Positions 51,338 through 63,815 of a stretch of 64,000 nucleotides of DNA are shown here, piece by piece. The DNA is from Antedon mediterranea (taxonomy: Eukaryota; Animalia; Echinodermata). Where the stretch lies: NCBI RefSeq assembly GCF_964355755.1, contig NC_092671.1, positions 2,418,001 to 2,482,000 of the forward strand, read 5' to 3'. Both the position numbers and the translations under genes were made by a program. A model generated the notes under the pieces. That model was not told where the DNA came from. It saw only the letters and a list, made by a program, of their open reading frames with translations, and ran no database searches. How positions within the stretch are numbered: the stretch's first letter is position 1; every line of letters begins with the position of its first letter.

Positions 51338-52366
51338 TTACCTTTGTGAAAGTTGTGAAGTTATAACCGTTAATTTTGTTTCATCAGAATTGACATCATT
51401 TAAGCAAAGTCTCCCAAATACGATTCTGACAGATTTACGAAACTTCTTATACTTAAAACCATATATGAACGAATTTACAACCGAATTACTCAACGCCATT
51501 AGTCTGAACAGTCTGTATTCCATCGAAGAAACAGAAAATAAAAATATGTCGAAATTTTGGAACAAATAAACAAGTTGATTTGGTGTCCACAAGACGCAGA
51601 ATGCTCCCAATACCATGATTAACACAGATATGACGCGTTTACGGGCGCTTAGTAGTGATAGCACTTGTGTTGACGCCTGTTGACTTGATGTTTCCGCATC
51701 TATCTTCAGTGTTCGGCATATTTTGTAATAAGCGATTATCATAACAATAACTGGGATCAAGTATGATATTAGGAATATTGTGAGACCGTTTATTCGCTGT
51801 GAGACCGTGTTTTTAAATCCGTAAACGCATTGATTGGTTTCTGGGTCATACGCACTCACAAACGGAGCAGCAATTTCTTGAACAAAAGCCACGATCCAGG
51901 TTGCTACCACCATAATCCAAACTTTTTTCAGAGTGAAATAGCGTTCGTAGAAAAGCGGATAAACGAGGGCAAAAAATCGCTCCATCGTCACACAAACCAA
52001 GTTAAACACCGAGGCTGTCAAACAGATCCAGAAAAAGAATAGATTGTTATAAGTCCTACAAAATATTTCTGCTAAAATAACTGAATTCGGAATTTCCAAG
52101 TCGAGACCATCAACCGGAAAAACGTTTATTATTAGAAGGATAGATGATAAAAGATCAGCGACTGCCAGACTGAGAATCAAATAATTAGTCAAAGAATGCA
52201 TTGTCTTCACATAAATTATTACAATACATATTATTAAATTTCCAAAAGTTCCCATAATCCCGAGAATTACTTCGAAAACAAGTACCCAGGTTGAAATCTC
52301 CGTCGTCGTCGCCACCGCCGTCGATAGGCCTACTCTCTCGGTCGTAAGTAGTATTGTCTTGTTCAT
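51338..52366 (-). CDS. Intronless rhodopsin-class (class A) GPCR, neuropeptide-receptor-like orphan, 342 aa
   Basis: First ATG at 52366 (MNKT, N-glycosylation site); TM1 GN, TM2 SLAVAD, TM3 ERF, TM4 W, TM5 YLIP, TM6 FCVLWTP, TM7 NSVVNSFIY, helix 8 FRKS. Confidence 0.93.
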   Translation of the reverse strand: MNKTILLTTERVGLSTAVATTTEISTWVLVFEVILGIMGTFGNLIICIVIIYVKTMHSLTNYLILSLAVADLLSSILLIINVFPVDGLDLEIPNSVILAEIFCRTYNNLFFFWICLTASVFNLVCVTMERFFALVYPLFYERYFTLKKVWIMVVATWIVAFVQEIAAPFVSAYDPETNQCVYGFKNTVSQRINGLTIFLISYLIPVIVMIIAYYKICRTLKIDAETSSQQASTQVLSLLSARKRVISVLIMVLGAFCVLWTPNQLVYLFQNFDIFLFSVSSMEYRLFRLMALSNSVVNSFIYGFKYKKFRKSVRIVFGRLCLNDVNSDETKLTVITSQLSQR

Positions 52367-52694
52367 ACTGTTGGTACCGATTAGTATAAACCTGTCCGGC
52401 CGTCGTCGCGACAACTTACTACTGTACAATTGTCTGGTAAGAGAATTTAAAATACATATTAACCAATCTCCGTCGTTCGTGTAAATGAATTCAAGCAAAA
52501 CAAATGTGTTCAACTCATGCTTCTTGTTGTGAAAGTCGATTCATAAAATGATCATCAGAAAACTACTTGATAATGTAGTGATGATACCATTAATCCTTAG
52601 TAAATATAATGACATACTAATCATATTAATGTACATCTGCGGCGGATCGATGGATTTAGTTGGTACTGTTGCAGTTGATTGAATTGGGGATTAA

Positions 52695-52898
52695 TGACCT
52701 ATTTATACAGACGAGCGGTAAACGGTAATACAAATAGAAGCTTATGTTATTCATTATTACCATTGTGAGGCAATGCGGAGGGCACAGGCGGTTTCCTCTT
52801 CTCATATATAGATACGTATAGATTCTTTGTGGGGGGGGGGGGGGACAAGCTACGTGGTTTTCCGCTTACCGTTACCGCTCGTCTGTGTAAATTGGCCT
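52695..52898. mobile_element. MITE upstream of the GPCR
   Basis: atttatacagacgagcggtaaacggtaa ... ttaccgttaccgctcgtctgtgtaaat inverted arms. Confidence 0.65.
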
Positions 52899-54264
52899 TA
52901 ACTAACAATAATATTGTTATTTAAACTGCAATTTTGGTAATGAATACTCATCACTGTTTTGTATAATCACCGATTTATAATTGTATTTATTCAACTTCAA
53001 AGGGATTGTCAAAAGCGAACTTAATTACTGACTTTCCTTTAAAATTATAAATAAATTGAATTTAAGATGATTTTTTTTAAATTATGAATTTTTTAAATTA
53101 TAGATAAAGTAATAATAAACAAAGCAATTTTGCTTCAATGTAAGTTTACGGAAATTTAATTCGTCACAATTCAAATGAAAGCATAATCAAGCATAGTTAA
53201 ATTTACTCAGCAATTTACAATGCGTAATTAAAAACATGGACGACGTACGATAATAATAACTTCTTAAGTTGTTAATTATATTGCCCCTGGAAAAATTGTA
53301 ATTTAAAGCAAAAAAATAGCCAAGATGTTATATATAAGTGAAACCATTATTTGTGTTCATTTTTTTTTACGGAGGTGAATAACTTGATTGAGACTAAAAA
53401 ATGGCCTATTCAAAATATTATTTATGGATCTTCCTTTTACTTGTTATTTGCGGACAATGTATCTTTAACTGTTGTCGTAATGTAATAATTACCACCAATC
53501 ACAGAGTCATGGAACTATTACAATCCTTTCACCAGGAATGAGCAAAGTACTAAAATTAACTTTATTTTAAGTATAGGGGGCGATATATTGATATTTTTAA
53601 ATATCAGTTTATCGCCCTCTATCTTTCAAAAAAGTTTGTGGCAATTTAAAAGATCATAATAGCACCTCTCTGGGTAATTTAGGCTGCGCTCTTTGTTTGG
53701 TTTAGGTATTTTTATTTTATTATATTATATATTATTATATTCAGCTCAGTTATTATGCTTTATAAATATAATAAACAAAGTTTGTGTAGGAAGGAGGGAT
53801 TAGAATCCGACGTTTCATTTTTTGACGATGCTAGCGCTTCATACATGAGCCTATATTATCAAAAAGATTATTATTCTTGATCATTTTTTAGCGATCGTCG
53901 CAAAATATGACCAGCGTAGCCGACTGCCTAGGCCAAAAAGAACTGGTTCTTTGCGTAGGCCTAGGTTTCCACAGACATAAGTGGTGACGTGCTGTTTGTA
54001 GACTAGAACATACATACAAACCCGGCATAATATAGCAAATTTAAATAGTAAGTATATAGGATAGCCTAGTTACCAAATGATTAGGCTAGGGCCTAGGCCT
54101 AGCTAGGCCTAGCCTACGACGTTTATAAGTTCCGGCCTACTTGACTTGGGGCCGACTTGACTTGGGGGCCGACTTGACTTTGGCCGAGACGGTTTAGGGC
54201 CGACTTGGATCGAAATCATATAATATAATAATACGGGTTATAAGAAGTGAAGAGTCAAGCTTTA

Positions 54265-54500
54265 TAGGCCTAGGTAGGCACAAACTACGCAGAATCTATA
54301 GGCTCTAGCAGGCTCAGGGCTAGGCCTAGGTAGGCACAAACTACGCAGAATCTATAGGCTCTAGCAGGCTCAGGGCTAGGCCTAGGTAGGCACAAACTAC
54401 GCAGAATCTATAGGCTCTAGCAGGCTCAGGGCTAGGCCTAGGTAGGCACAAACTACGCAGAATCTATACTAGGCCTAGGCCCTAGCAGGCTCAGAGGGCT
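54265..54500. repeat. 57-bp tandem repeat, about 4 copies, in the galactosyltransferase 5'UTR intron
   Basis: taggcctaggtaggcacaaactacgcagaatctataggctctagcaggctcagggc units. Confidence 0.92.
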
Positions 54501-54653
54501 AGCCTACTGCATGGAACTATAAAATGAAAATGTTTTAATATTAATGAATTCATAAAAATTCATAACATTTTATTTTCAGATGTATCAAGGTGGAAGTTGA
54601 ATAAATAAAATAGGAATGTTACAGGCAAAAAATAGCAAATAATTATTGTCAGG

Positions 54654-55781
54654 ATGAGGTGCAGTCGGAATTGTAAACTTTACACATTTTACGGATTGGC
54701 TGCGTTCAACTTGGTCGTATTGTTATTGACACATGTTATCCATCCGATCGACAACGCTAAGTCTATTAGTGACATTTTACGTGGAAAAAAATTGTCATCA
54801 TTTCATTCAAATTTAAAAATATATAAGCCTGTCCTAGTCACCAACATTTCTGAAACCTCAAATGTGTTAACATTTGACCGGTTTAACTTATTTCCAAATA
54901 AAAGCAATGATTATCCGATTTTTCCACAATTTAATTTGCTATTAAATCCGAAGGACAAATGCCAAAATGATGATATCGTCAACAAATCATCAGGTATTTT
55001 TTTGCTTGTATTGGTTACGTCTAGCAGAAGGAACATTCAGCAACGGAAAGTGGTTCGGAAAACTTGGGCAAGCGTTGAATCAATCGAGGGGAAGAAGATT
55101 ATAACGCTGTTCATGTTAGGTGTAAAAGTCGGAGGAGGTCCGTCTATCATGGATCCGGTAATGGCCGAGTCAGAGAAATACGGTGACATCATCCTCGGTG
55201 ATTTTAACGACGCCTACATGAATTTGACGTTGAAATCTATCATGGGATTTAAATGGACGAGTATGTATTGTTCAAGCGCAAAGTATGTTATGAAAACCGA
55301 CGATGACATGTTTATCAATTTAAATTACACGGTGAAATACCTTGCAAAACTACCAGAGAATACAAAACGCTTTGTAATGGGCCATGTGATCAGTGGTAGT
55401 CCAATCAGAAATGAAAAAAGTAAGTGGTATATGTCGTATGAACTATACCCGTACAACGATTACCCGCCATTTGCGTCGGGCACTTGTTACATCATGTCAA
55501 ACGATGTTGTTTTAGATACGTATGTAATGTCGCAACGTTTGCGCTACCTTCATTTAGAAGATATTTTCTCAGCGTTGTGTTGGGAGAAACTTGGAATTGT
55601 GCCGCGTAACCACAGAGGTTTTAAGTTGTATTATGTTTCTTACACTTATTGCCATTACACGAAGCTCGTCTCTGTACATAACGTCAAGATCAATAAAATG
55701 TATGATTTGTGGAAGAAGTTGAACAACGACATGGCAAGGCTATCGCGATATTATTGTCTTTTTAACGGCTGGTTCTTTTGA
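54654..55781 (+). CDS. Beta-1,3-galactosyltransferase 1-like (GT31), single coding exon, 375 aa
   Basis: N-terminal signal anchor; RKVVRKTW; ESEKYGDIILGDFNDAYMNLTLKS; YVMKTDDDMFIN (DxD); PIRNEKSKWY; YPPFASGTCY; LEDI. Probable non-coding exon upstream (donor 54048, acceptor 54579). Confidence 0.95.
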   Translation: MRCSRNCKLYTFYGLAAFNLVVLLLTHVIHPIDNAKSISDILRGKKLSSFHSNLKIYKPVLVTNISETSNVLTFDRFNLFPNKSNDYPIFPQFNLLLNPKDKCQNDDIVNKSSGIFLLVLVTSSRRNIQQRKVVRKTWASVESIEGKKIITLFMLGVKVGGGPSIMDPVMAESEKYGDIILGDFNDAYMNLTLKSIMGFKWTSMYCSSAKYVMKTDDDMFINLNYTVKYLAKLPENTKRFVMGHVISGSPIRNEKSKWYMSYELYPYNDYPPFASGTCYIMSNDVVLDTYVMSQRLRYLHLEDIFSALCWEKLGIVPRNHRGFKLYYVSYTYCHYTKLVSVHNVKINKMYDLWKKLNNDMARLSRYYCLFNGWFF

Positions 55782-55859
55782 TTTTGCTTATACACTTATT
55801 TCTTCTCAAACTCTGATGTCCAAGTTTTCAGAAAGTTTAAATATCAAATATCCACTCTA

Positions 55860-56562
55860 GGGTCGTGTTCGTACGGTGGTTAAAATAAGCGCTTAATTTC
55901 ACCCATGCCTCGGGTTATAAATTGAGCGTTGTTCGTACTTGAAATATTTAACCGCTTAAATGCTTAATCGACGAATCACAAACCGGAAATTACGGTATAA
56001 GGTCAGTTGTCTTTACAACCTACGACCCCATTTTCGCACGCTGGTTTCGCGTGTTGTATATTTTTTACTCGCGATCTTTCTTTACAATAACAATTACTTG
56101 CTACCTTTTACACTGCTTATCCTTGCGACAAACCTTATGCCTCTTAACGCCGATAATCCTGCCGAAATATGCCTTCTCCTGACGACCATTATTTTACTCA
56201 TTGACGAAGAATTTGAGCCCAATGTTACACGACGGAAACACCACCGACCAGCTAGGCCTACTAAGCGGTCTACACCAACAAGGACAGCACCAGCTGACGA
56301 TCGCTCTCGAAGCGTGTATGGAAGAGCTTCGTAGGAGAAATGACGGGCCTAGGCAGCGAACGTTGTCAAAATTTGACACATTGCCTCTATCGGAGATTTA
56401 TTATCCTCGAAGGCCGAGTATAATTGGATTATCGCTGAAATAACCTGCAAATTTGGTGAACATTTTGCCTCGAATTTTTTGTAGCCTGAGGCAAAAGTTA
56501 ATTGGATCACGTGAACGGAAATCGGGAATAAGCTGGTATTTTCAACCCCTACGAACAGGCCC
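55860..56562. mobile_element. Internally deleted PIF/Harbinger-like DNA transposon just downstream of the galactosyltransferase stop
   Basis: TIR GGGTCGTGTTCGTA...AAAATA / TATTTT...TACGAACAGGCCC with TA (CTAG context) on both sides; CpG-rich interior with broken ORFs. Confidence 0.65.
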
Positions 56563-56617
56563 TAGTTTCCAATCAATTTCTGTATCTGCATCAACTTATC
56601 TGCATGATTTAGTATGA

Positions 56618-56726
56618 TTTCATGACAAGGTCTCGCTCTGACACAGATGCTCAGAATTTTTTTTAAGATGTTTCTGAAATGGATAAGACAAGAGCATCTG
56701 TGTCAAAGTGAGACCCTGTCATGAAA
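56618..56726. mobile_element. Palindromic MITE
   Basis: ttcatgacaaggtctcgctctgacacagatgctc / gagcatctgtgtcaaagtgagaccctgtcatgaa. Confidence 0.65.
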
Positions 56727-57145
56727 TGAGATTCGATCCTGTAGATAAGTGGGCAAAAATTGTGACAAAAAAAAAACACAAGCACCATTAGTTTGGAACC
56801 AGCTTCCACTCCATATCAGTGTAAACCTCTTAAGCATTCAAGTCACTTCTCAACCTGTTTCATTCTTTTTGTTCTTTTTGTTTTTTAAGCCCAGTAATTA
56901 ATAAACAGAGCTTTATAAATGTTTATTATTGTTTTTTAAATGCATTTTACAATTTTTGACTTATAATTCCTGCTTTTAGGATAGTTTCCTGTATTCAGGA
57001 AGGGAGTGGTTGATTACATATGTTTTTGTTACATAAATGTTATGGGTATGTCTTATACAGGGTGATTCTGTACTAATGTATAGATGGATACATTTTTCTT
57101 TTTAATTATAATAAATTTACATTTTTTAAACATCTAACGCAATAA

Positions 57146-57250
57146 AGCTCTGTCTACACTATCAAACTGTATGTGACCAAATGGACATGATGATATCACT
57201 ACCATACTTGTGGGCACATAACAAACTAGTTTGATAGTGTAGACAGAGCT
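57146..57250. mobile_element. Harbinger-type MITE family A, internally deleted
   Basis: Perfect TIRs with TAA on both flanks. Confidence 0.9.
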
Positions 57251-59189
57251 TAAGGGTACCTTTACCATTCAGGAAAATCTTATGCAAACAGGGTTGAATT
57301 AATCAATATTATTTTTTATTATATGTTCATGCAAATATTTTTATATCATTTTAAATTTTACAATCTGTCTTTAATGCGTTTGATTAAAGTTATTTAAAAT
57401 ATTCGCTTCTGATTAATTGTGCAATTTGTAAAGAAATTTATGTATTCAACTCAAATTATGTAAATTGCACATATTTTCTTCACTGTTTTGGTGCCATGGT
57501 AAATGAATAATTTCTATCCACTGGGACAAACTAATATTTGACAATAAACCTTAAATTTCCCACCGATTTCTACTTTAATATTTATAATGCTTAATTAATC
57601 GACGCACATGTTATGTTAGTTTATTTTTTAAATTGATATTTGCAAGACATTGTTGGCAAAGAATGTGTTTTTTAAGTATATACAGTATTATAAAAGAATG
57701 TGCTGAAATGAATATGTGCTATGTACAGTAAAGGACACAGTGATATTAGTAGCATTAGGTGAGCTGGATGGTATAGGATGATGTATTACAATGCAAAATA
57801 TAGTTCAGAAGTTAATGCTATAATTTTACAGATTTTAACTATAATGTTTGTAAAACATTTGTTTTGATTGTTAAATCTACTTAATATTTTATCTATGTAT
57901 TGTCACTAAATTATTTTTATAACATTTATTAGGAAGGACAAACAGGTTTTCGGTCTAATGACCAGAACAAAGTTCACCACATTGGTACTCTAAAGTAGTA
58001 TACCTACTTAAAATTATGGATAGAGATGCTGCCAAAATACAGGTAGTAGGCCTGCCAGTTGGTAAAAGAGTTAATATCGGAAAACAGAGAAATGTGGGTA
58101 TTGTACTACTATCATGATTCATTTGTAGCACAATAGGCTACTACAGATTATTTGCATTAACATATAAAGTAACAAATATTGTGCTTTATAATATATAGTA
58201 ATACATTTAATAAATGCATATAACCTTTAAAATAGTTTGTTTATTACCGTATTATTATTATACACAGGTAAATTTGAATGTGTACAGGATGAAGATTTTT
58301 ATTTCTTTTTAAATGGCCAAGATTCTACCCATATTTTTTTTTTAATAACTGGTTAACGCAATATATATGCATATATGTCAATATTATTGCATAACAATTT
58401 AATTTTTAAAAGTAGATATTTTGGTTACTTTTTAAGAAAGCCCTGTACCAAATTTCGACCCTTTTATTTTTTGACATAACTGGTTACTATGACTCTTTAA
58501 GATGATGATAAAGCAATATATGTGCATATATGGCAATATTATTGCATAAAAATTGAATTAAAAAAAGTCAATATTTTGGCCATTTTTGAAAAAATCCCTG
58601 TACTATACTGCCCCGTCATGAAAGAAGGACTCAACTGCATAAAGCAAAGTTTTGAGATAATCAACAAAACGTGTTCTTGTTTTAGCTCTTCACGTGTGGA
58701 GATAATATTATTTTGATTAGCATAATAAACATGCGCAGAGGCGAATAATGGGTTCTGCGCATGTCAATTGTGCTATAGTAACTAGTTTTATCGAAAAATA
58801 AAAAGGTCGAAAATTGGCCATTAAAAAAAAATTCCTGTACTATAGTACAGGGAAATTTTCGAAAAATGACCGATTTTCGACCCTTTTATTTTTTGACGTA
58901 AATGGTTACTATTGCATAATAAACATGCGCAGAGTCGAATAACCATTTAGTTTTAAGTATTAATTTAAGAGGGAGAATATTCAATAATAATATTACGGTG
59001 TTCACATAATCTCTCTCCGGGGTATTTAATTCTAAATATTCAAGAAATAAAATTAATACTCTAATAATAACTAAACAAGTTAAACAACAACATTACACAG
59101 CTTGCTGTGCAATTAACACCATTGTTGTGCACTTGAAATGGTTTCCTATGATAATAGGTGTTAATATGTCATTTGAGTGAGTCTTTCAT

Positions 59190-59508
59190 GGCGCGTGTGG
59201 CGCAGTGTGTTGGACGTTGGACTACCGATCGTCAGACCTAGGTTCGAATCCAACTCTCGCCGCATTGCTTGTATCCGTAGGCAAGATACTTTACTTACGT
59301 TACCTCTCTCCACCCAGGTGTATAAATGGGTACCCAGTTAGATCTAGACACAACTGCGCTGGTTACCGGCTGCATTATGGGAGTATGTTTCCATACGTGT
59401 TTGATCCCAAAAAATACTGGGGTAAAAGCTTGTAAAGCGCCTTTGAGCATGATTACTCATGAAAAGGGCGCTATATAAATCTGGTATTATTATATATATT
59501 ATTATATA
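59190..59508 (+). mobile_element. Full-length tRNA-derived SINE with CORE-like centre and L2-like tail
   Basis: A box tggcgcagtgtgttgg, B box ggttcgaatcc, central ggcaagatacttta...ccacccaggtgtataaatgggtacc, tail gtaaagcgcctttgag...gggcgctatataaat followed by (TAT)n. Confidence 0.88.
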
Positions 59509-62089
59509 TTTGTAGTTGAGTTAGTCTTTGGTGACAATAGTAACACACACTTGCAATTGAGTGGTATTTTGATTTTAAAATTTCATATTTCTAGTTAAAA
59601 TTTTGAATAGCCCAAAAAGCTAAAAAAGTGATTTTTGAAAAAATGTGTCAGTTGAGTCATTCTTTCATGACAGGTATAGTACAGGGAAATTTTCGAAAAA
59701 TGAATTTTACCCTTTCATTTTTTAACATAACTGGTTACTATGACTCTATAATATGACGATATATGTGCATATATGGCATTATTATTGCATAATAATTTTG
59801 AAAAGTCTATATTTTGGCCATTTAAAAAAAATCCCTGTATTATTGCATAATAATTTTTGTTATTTTGGTCAAATTTCCTTTATTTTTAGTTGCGTGCAAG
59901 GTGACTCCCAACAGCTCACTATGTCGGTCGGTTGGTCGGACAGTCGTTAAACACTAACCCAAATTTGAGCATGTGACTACAGCCATGTATATGGTCTTGT
60001 TTGACATATGACATGTGTAGAATCACAAGGTGGTCTGCGCATATTACCTCAATACATATTTTATTTTAATACCATATTTAGTTAAGGAATACAAGTGGGA
60101 AACAAAAAACACAATTTTTTTATGAACAAACAGTTTTTTATTTACAATAAATTACGAAAAAGCACCCTTGAATCAACTCTTTGCATCAGCAATTGATTTA
60201 CAATATAACACATATTAAATTTAATAACAGGAAAACAACTATAATGTGTTATTATTAATGGAGAGACGTACATTATACATTATAGAGAAATTAATCGTAA
60301 TTATAATTGATAACTTTTAAAATCAAATAATATTATTCTTTTTGTAGTATTGAACCAGAGACATTTTAATTGTTGTTGCTAATGCTTGATTGATAATTTA
60401 TAAAAGACGAATCAACTATTTTATTACTAGGCCGTATGTTTGCAAACATGTTTATGGTGACGTATGGTCTCTGTAGAGTGATGATGAAATAAAATGATGA
60501 AATAAAATGATGAAACAAAAATGTTTTCATGATATAACATTCACAACTTTCAAATTATCCTCGTTGCAAACCATGCCTTTTGATTGGTCGGGAATATTGA
60601 TATATTGATGACATCACAAAGGCTTATTACAATTTTGAGTCATCAATATCTTCAATATGGGCCGAAATCGTAAATAGTATGCCCTCTGTTCTTCTTTGCA
60701 TTTTGCAAGTATTTCTGTTCTATTATTGTTCTAATAATATAATTTTTATTAATGCTGGTTAATTATATAATATATCTCAAAATATTTGGTACATATAAAT
60801 ATGTTAAATTTCTGAAGATAAAGACATAAATTTGAAATAGTTATTTGGATATTATTACATTTTTCCTACTTTGTCAATTTTCAATATTACTTTTTACTTT
60901 TTTATTTCTATTAATAAAAAACGAACAGGCAAACGTCTAAAAGAAAACCTTTTATGGATTAAAATATTAGAATTACGAGAATAATTTATAAAAATTTTAA
61001 TAGGCACTGTGGGTAGGTAGGTATTGTGTAAAAACAACTGTTACACAAGGATACTTATGTCATCCATTTTATGTTGCTATGGAAACTCAAGGGGAACACC
61101 TATGTTTTTTCTGCGACTACATTTACAATTAAATTACACAACATTTTTTATATATGTATATATGTATATTTTTCATAATATTGTTTAGCTACATAAACAC
61201 AATTCGTTTAATTTTAGAAGCAAAAAAACGCAAGAAACTATCAACAAATGTATTATACAATTAAAAATTAATTATAAATTAGTTAAAAATCTAAATATTA
61301 AACAATACTACTGTGCCTAAGTAAATACATATTTAATACAGTCTAGTCTAATAATTAAAATAAGATCATTTTGATCTTCTTGTTTCAATTTAACCAATAT
61401 GATAACAAGCAAGGTTTTTATCAATGATGTAATAATTTTTTTTTTAATTATAGCACATTTTATATATTTTTTTAAGTTATAACATCAAAAATTACACAGT
61501 TTAATAACTGTGACTAAAAAAATCTTTGGAAATTAAGGCTTCTGAAAAATATTACTATCTATTACCAATCACTGATCTGATTTTAGGAGAACCGAAGTGT
61601 CTAATAATTTCATAATAAGTACGGTAAATCAGCATACGTAATATCGATAGGAGCAAATACACTGTTCATGTTTTTAACATGAATAATGTATTATAAGTAA
61701 TTAGGATTATTATATTATTTAACATAAAACAGTATAACATTAGAGGTAATTCATTCCACCACAACGTAATTACCAAAAAAATACCTCAAATGAAAATGTA
61801 ACCATGACCTAACATTCTTCATGTTACCCCGCATTATGTTTTTTTAAACTCCCTATATATTTCTTTGTTACGATCTTTTCCCAAATCCTTTGAAAGAATT
61901 ATAAAAAAAAACTTTTTTGAGGTAAACATATGTTCCTCTCATAATTTCCTATGACATACACTAGGTGTTGTCGGAAAATTGCATTATTTCAACGGCCCTG
62001 TAATATCTTCATTGCAAATATTCTTTCGCATATAATTCATATAACTTATGAATAATTTATTTACTTTATGAATATTCATGATGATAATC

Positions 62090-62305
62090 TGATATTACAT
62101 ATTTAGTATGAATAATTCATATACACTATGAATAATCTTTCTGATAATACATATATCTTATGAATAATTCATATACACTATGAATAAACATGTTAATAAT
62201 ACATATATCTTTTGAATAATTCATATACACTATGAATAATCTTTCTAATAATACATATATCTTATGAATAATTCATATACACTATGAATAAACATGTTAT
62301 ATAAT
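62090..62305. repeat. AT-rich tandem repeat (tatgaataattcatatacac units) in the tensin 3'UTR
   Basis: Repeated tatgaataattcatatacactatgaataa. Confidence 0.8.
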
Positions 62306-62353
62306 ACGATTACGTAATGAATAATACATAGCACAGTTTTATAATTTAGCAAA

Positions 62354-63815
62354 TCAAGGCGATTTGATGGAAGTGTTATTGGCCTGACCAATCAGAACCT
62401 TTGTTACAAAACTGACAATAGCTGAGGCTGGCTGTTCCTTTTCATACTCGGCAAATAAATGACAAACGTTATCCGTTAAACTACCAGGTTTGCGACTGAC
62501 GAAGCCAAATATACGTGCATCAGCTTCTTTACTATTCTCGTCTCTAAGCCATCTGCAAGAGTAAAAATATAAAGAAAATTAAATTCATTATTATATTCAA
62601 CGATGTCAGACTGGGGCAAAATTGTATAACGTCTCTTGTCATTAAAATAACTGTTTTAATAATTTATGCCAAAAATGCGAGAATTTGTCTATTTACAATG
62701 AAACCCACCTTCTACTGCCTGAATCTGAGCCACAGAAAAGAACAGATTCTACCGGATAATGACGTCTAAAAAACAATCTGTTAAAGAAATTTAAGAAATA
62801 AAATATAAGTACTTTTAAATATATATCAATTCACAGGCATTGTAAACTGTAAACTGCCCAGTGATATACTGATATGATACTGATACAGAAATCTGTGAGA
62901 ATGATAAAAAGCTACCTCAAACAAGACTCGAACAAGATACCTTCTGCTTCATACATATATACTACTAATATAATAGGTTGTTAGATTAAATCAGAGCAAA
63001 GCAGAGCAGAATACAAATAGTCAAAGACGCTAGTTATAACTTTTACTGCCCGACAGACTTTTTCATGAGGAGTACCTCTCTCTGAATATAATGAATATAT
63101 ATATATATATATATATAATTTGTTTTTAAATTGTAAAAACTCACTTTCTATTATTATCTGTGACGGTAATTCCCTTTGACGATACTTTAAAATGTACGAT
63201 GACAGAGGGCGGTTTAGTTTGCAATTCCATTAATCGCTTTGATGCTTCTGACACCGCGCTTGATCCTGTCAATGACTCCATGTCAAATGAATGCAGATAT
63301 AAAACATTGCAAGCTGAAATTATAATATTATACAAATAATTATTATTATTAATAAATGAATAATGAATAAATGAATATAATGAATAAATAAATAAATGAA
63401 TAAATGAATAATGAATATAATGAATATAATGAATAAATGAATATAATGAATATAATGAATAATGAATATAATGAATATAATGAATAAATGAATATAATGA
63501 ATATAATGAATAATGAATATAATGAATAATGAATAATGAATAAATGAATAATAAATAATATAATAAAATCCATGCCATGTGACCCACAATCGTCTAATTA
63601 AATGACAGGAATTTTTTTAGGTGTTACATAAAATGGTTTATTTGACGGGTCTATTTTGATGAGATTTCGATCGGAGCATAAGTGAGGGGGTATGTGGTGT
63701 TATTCAGAATAATATCCTGTCTGTCTATAGAATCAACCTTACATACCTGCACCTTTGGCCAACAAGTTAGCACGTGAGTTAGCATCGTTTGTGGATCCTG
63801 CAACATTTGCTGGAT
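62354..63815 (-). CDS. TNS: Tensin, last four coding exons (PTB domain); gene continues beyond the window
   Basis: Exons 63815-63747, 63313-63145, 62777-62709, 62552-62354. Protein [24 protein letters not shown]...[28 protein letters not shown]...[40 protein letters not shown] is the tensin PTB signature. Confidence 0.96.
63340..63570. repeat. (AATGAATAT)n microsatellite in a tensin intron
   Basis: Visible 9-mer/5-mer periodicity; source of the His/Tyr/Ile-rich ORFs. Confidence 0.95.

Noticed and set aside
52367-52513. 49-aa N-terminal extension of the GPCR in the ORF track
   Set aside because: Begins at TTG; the first ATG (52366) gives a typical glycosylated N-terminus
59190-59262. tRNA gene
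   Set aside because: Continues into CORE-like and L2-tail sequence, so it is a SINE
63320-63589. His/Tyr/Ile-rich ORFs
   Set aside because: Microsatellite translations; only 63313-63145 is real tensin exon
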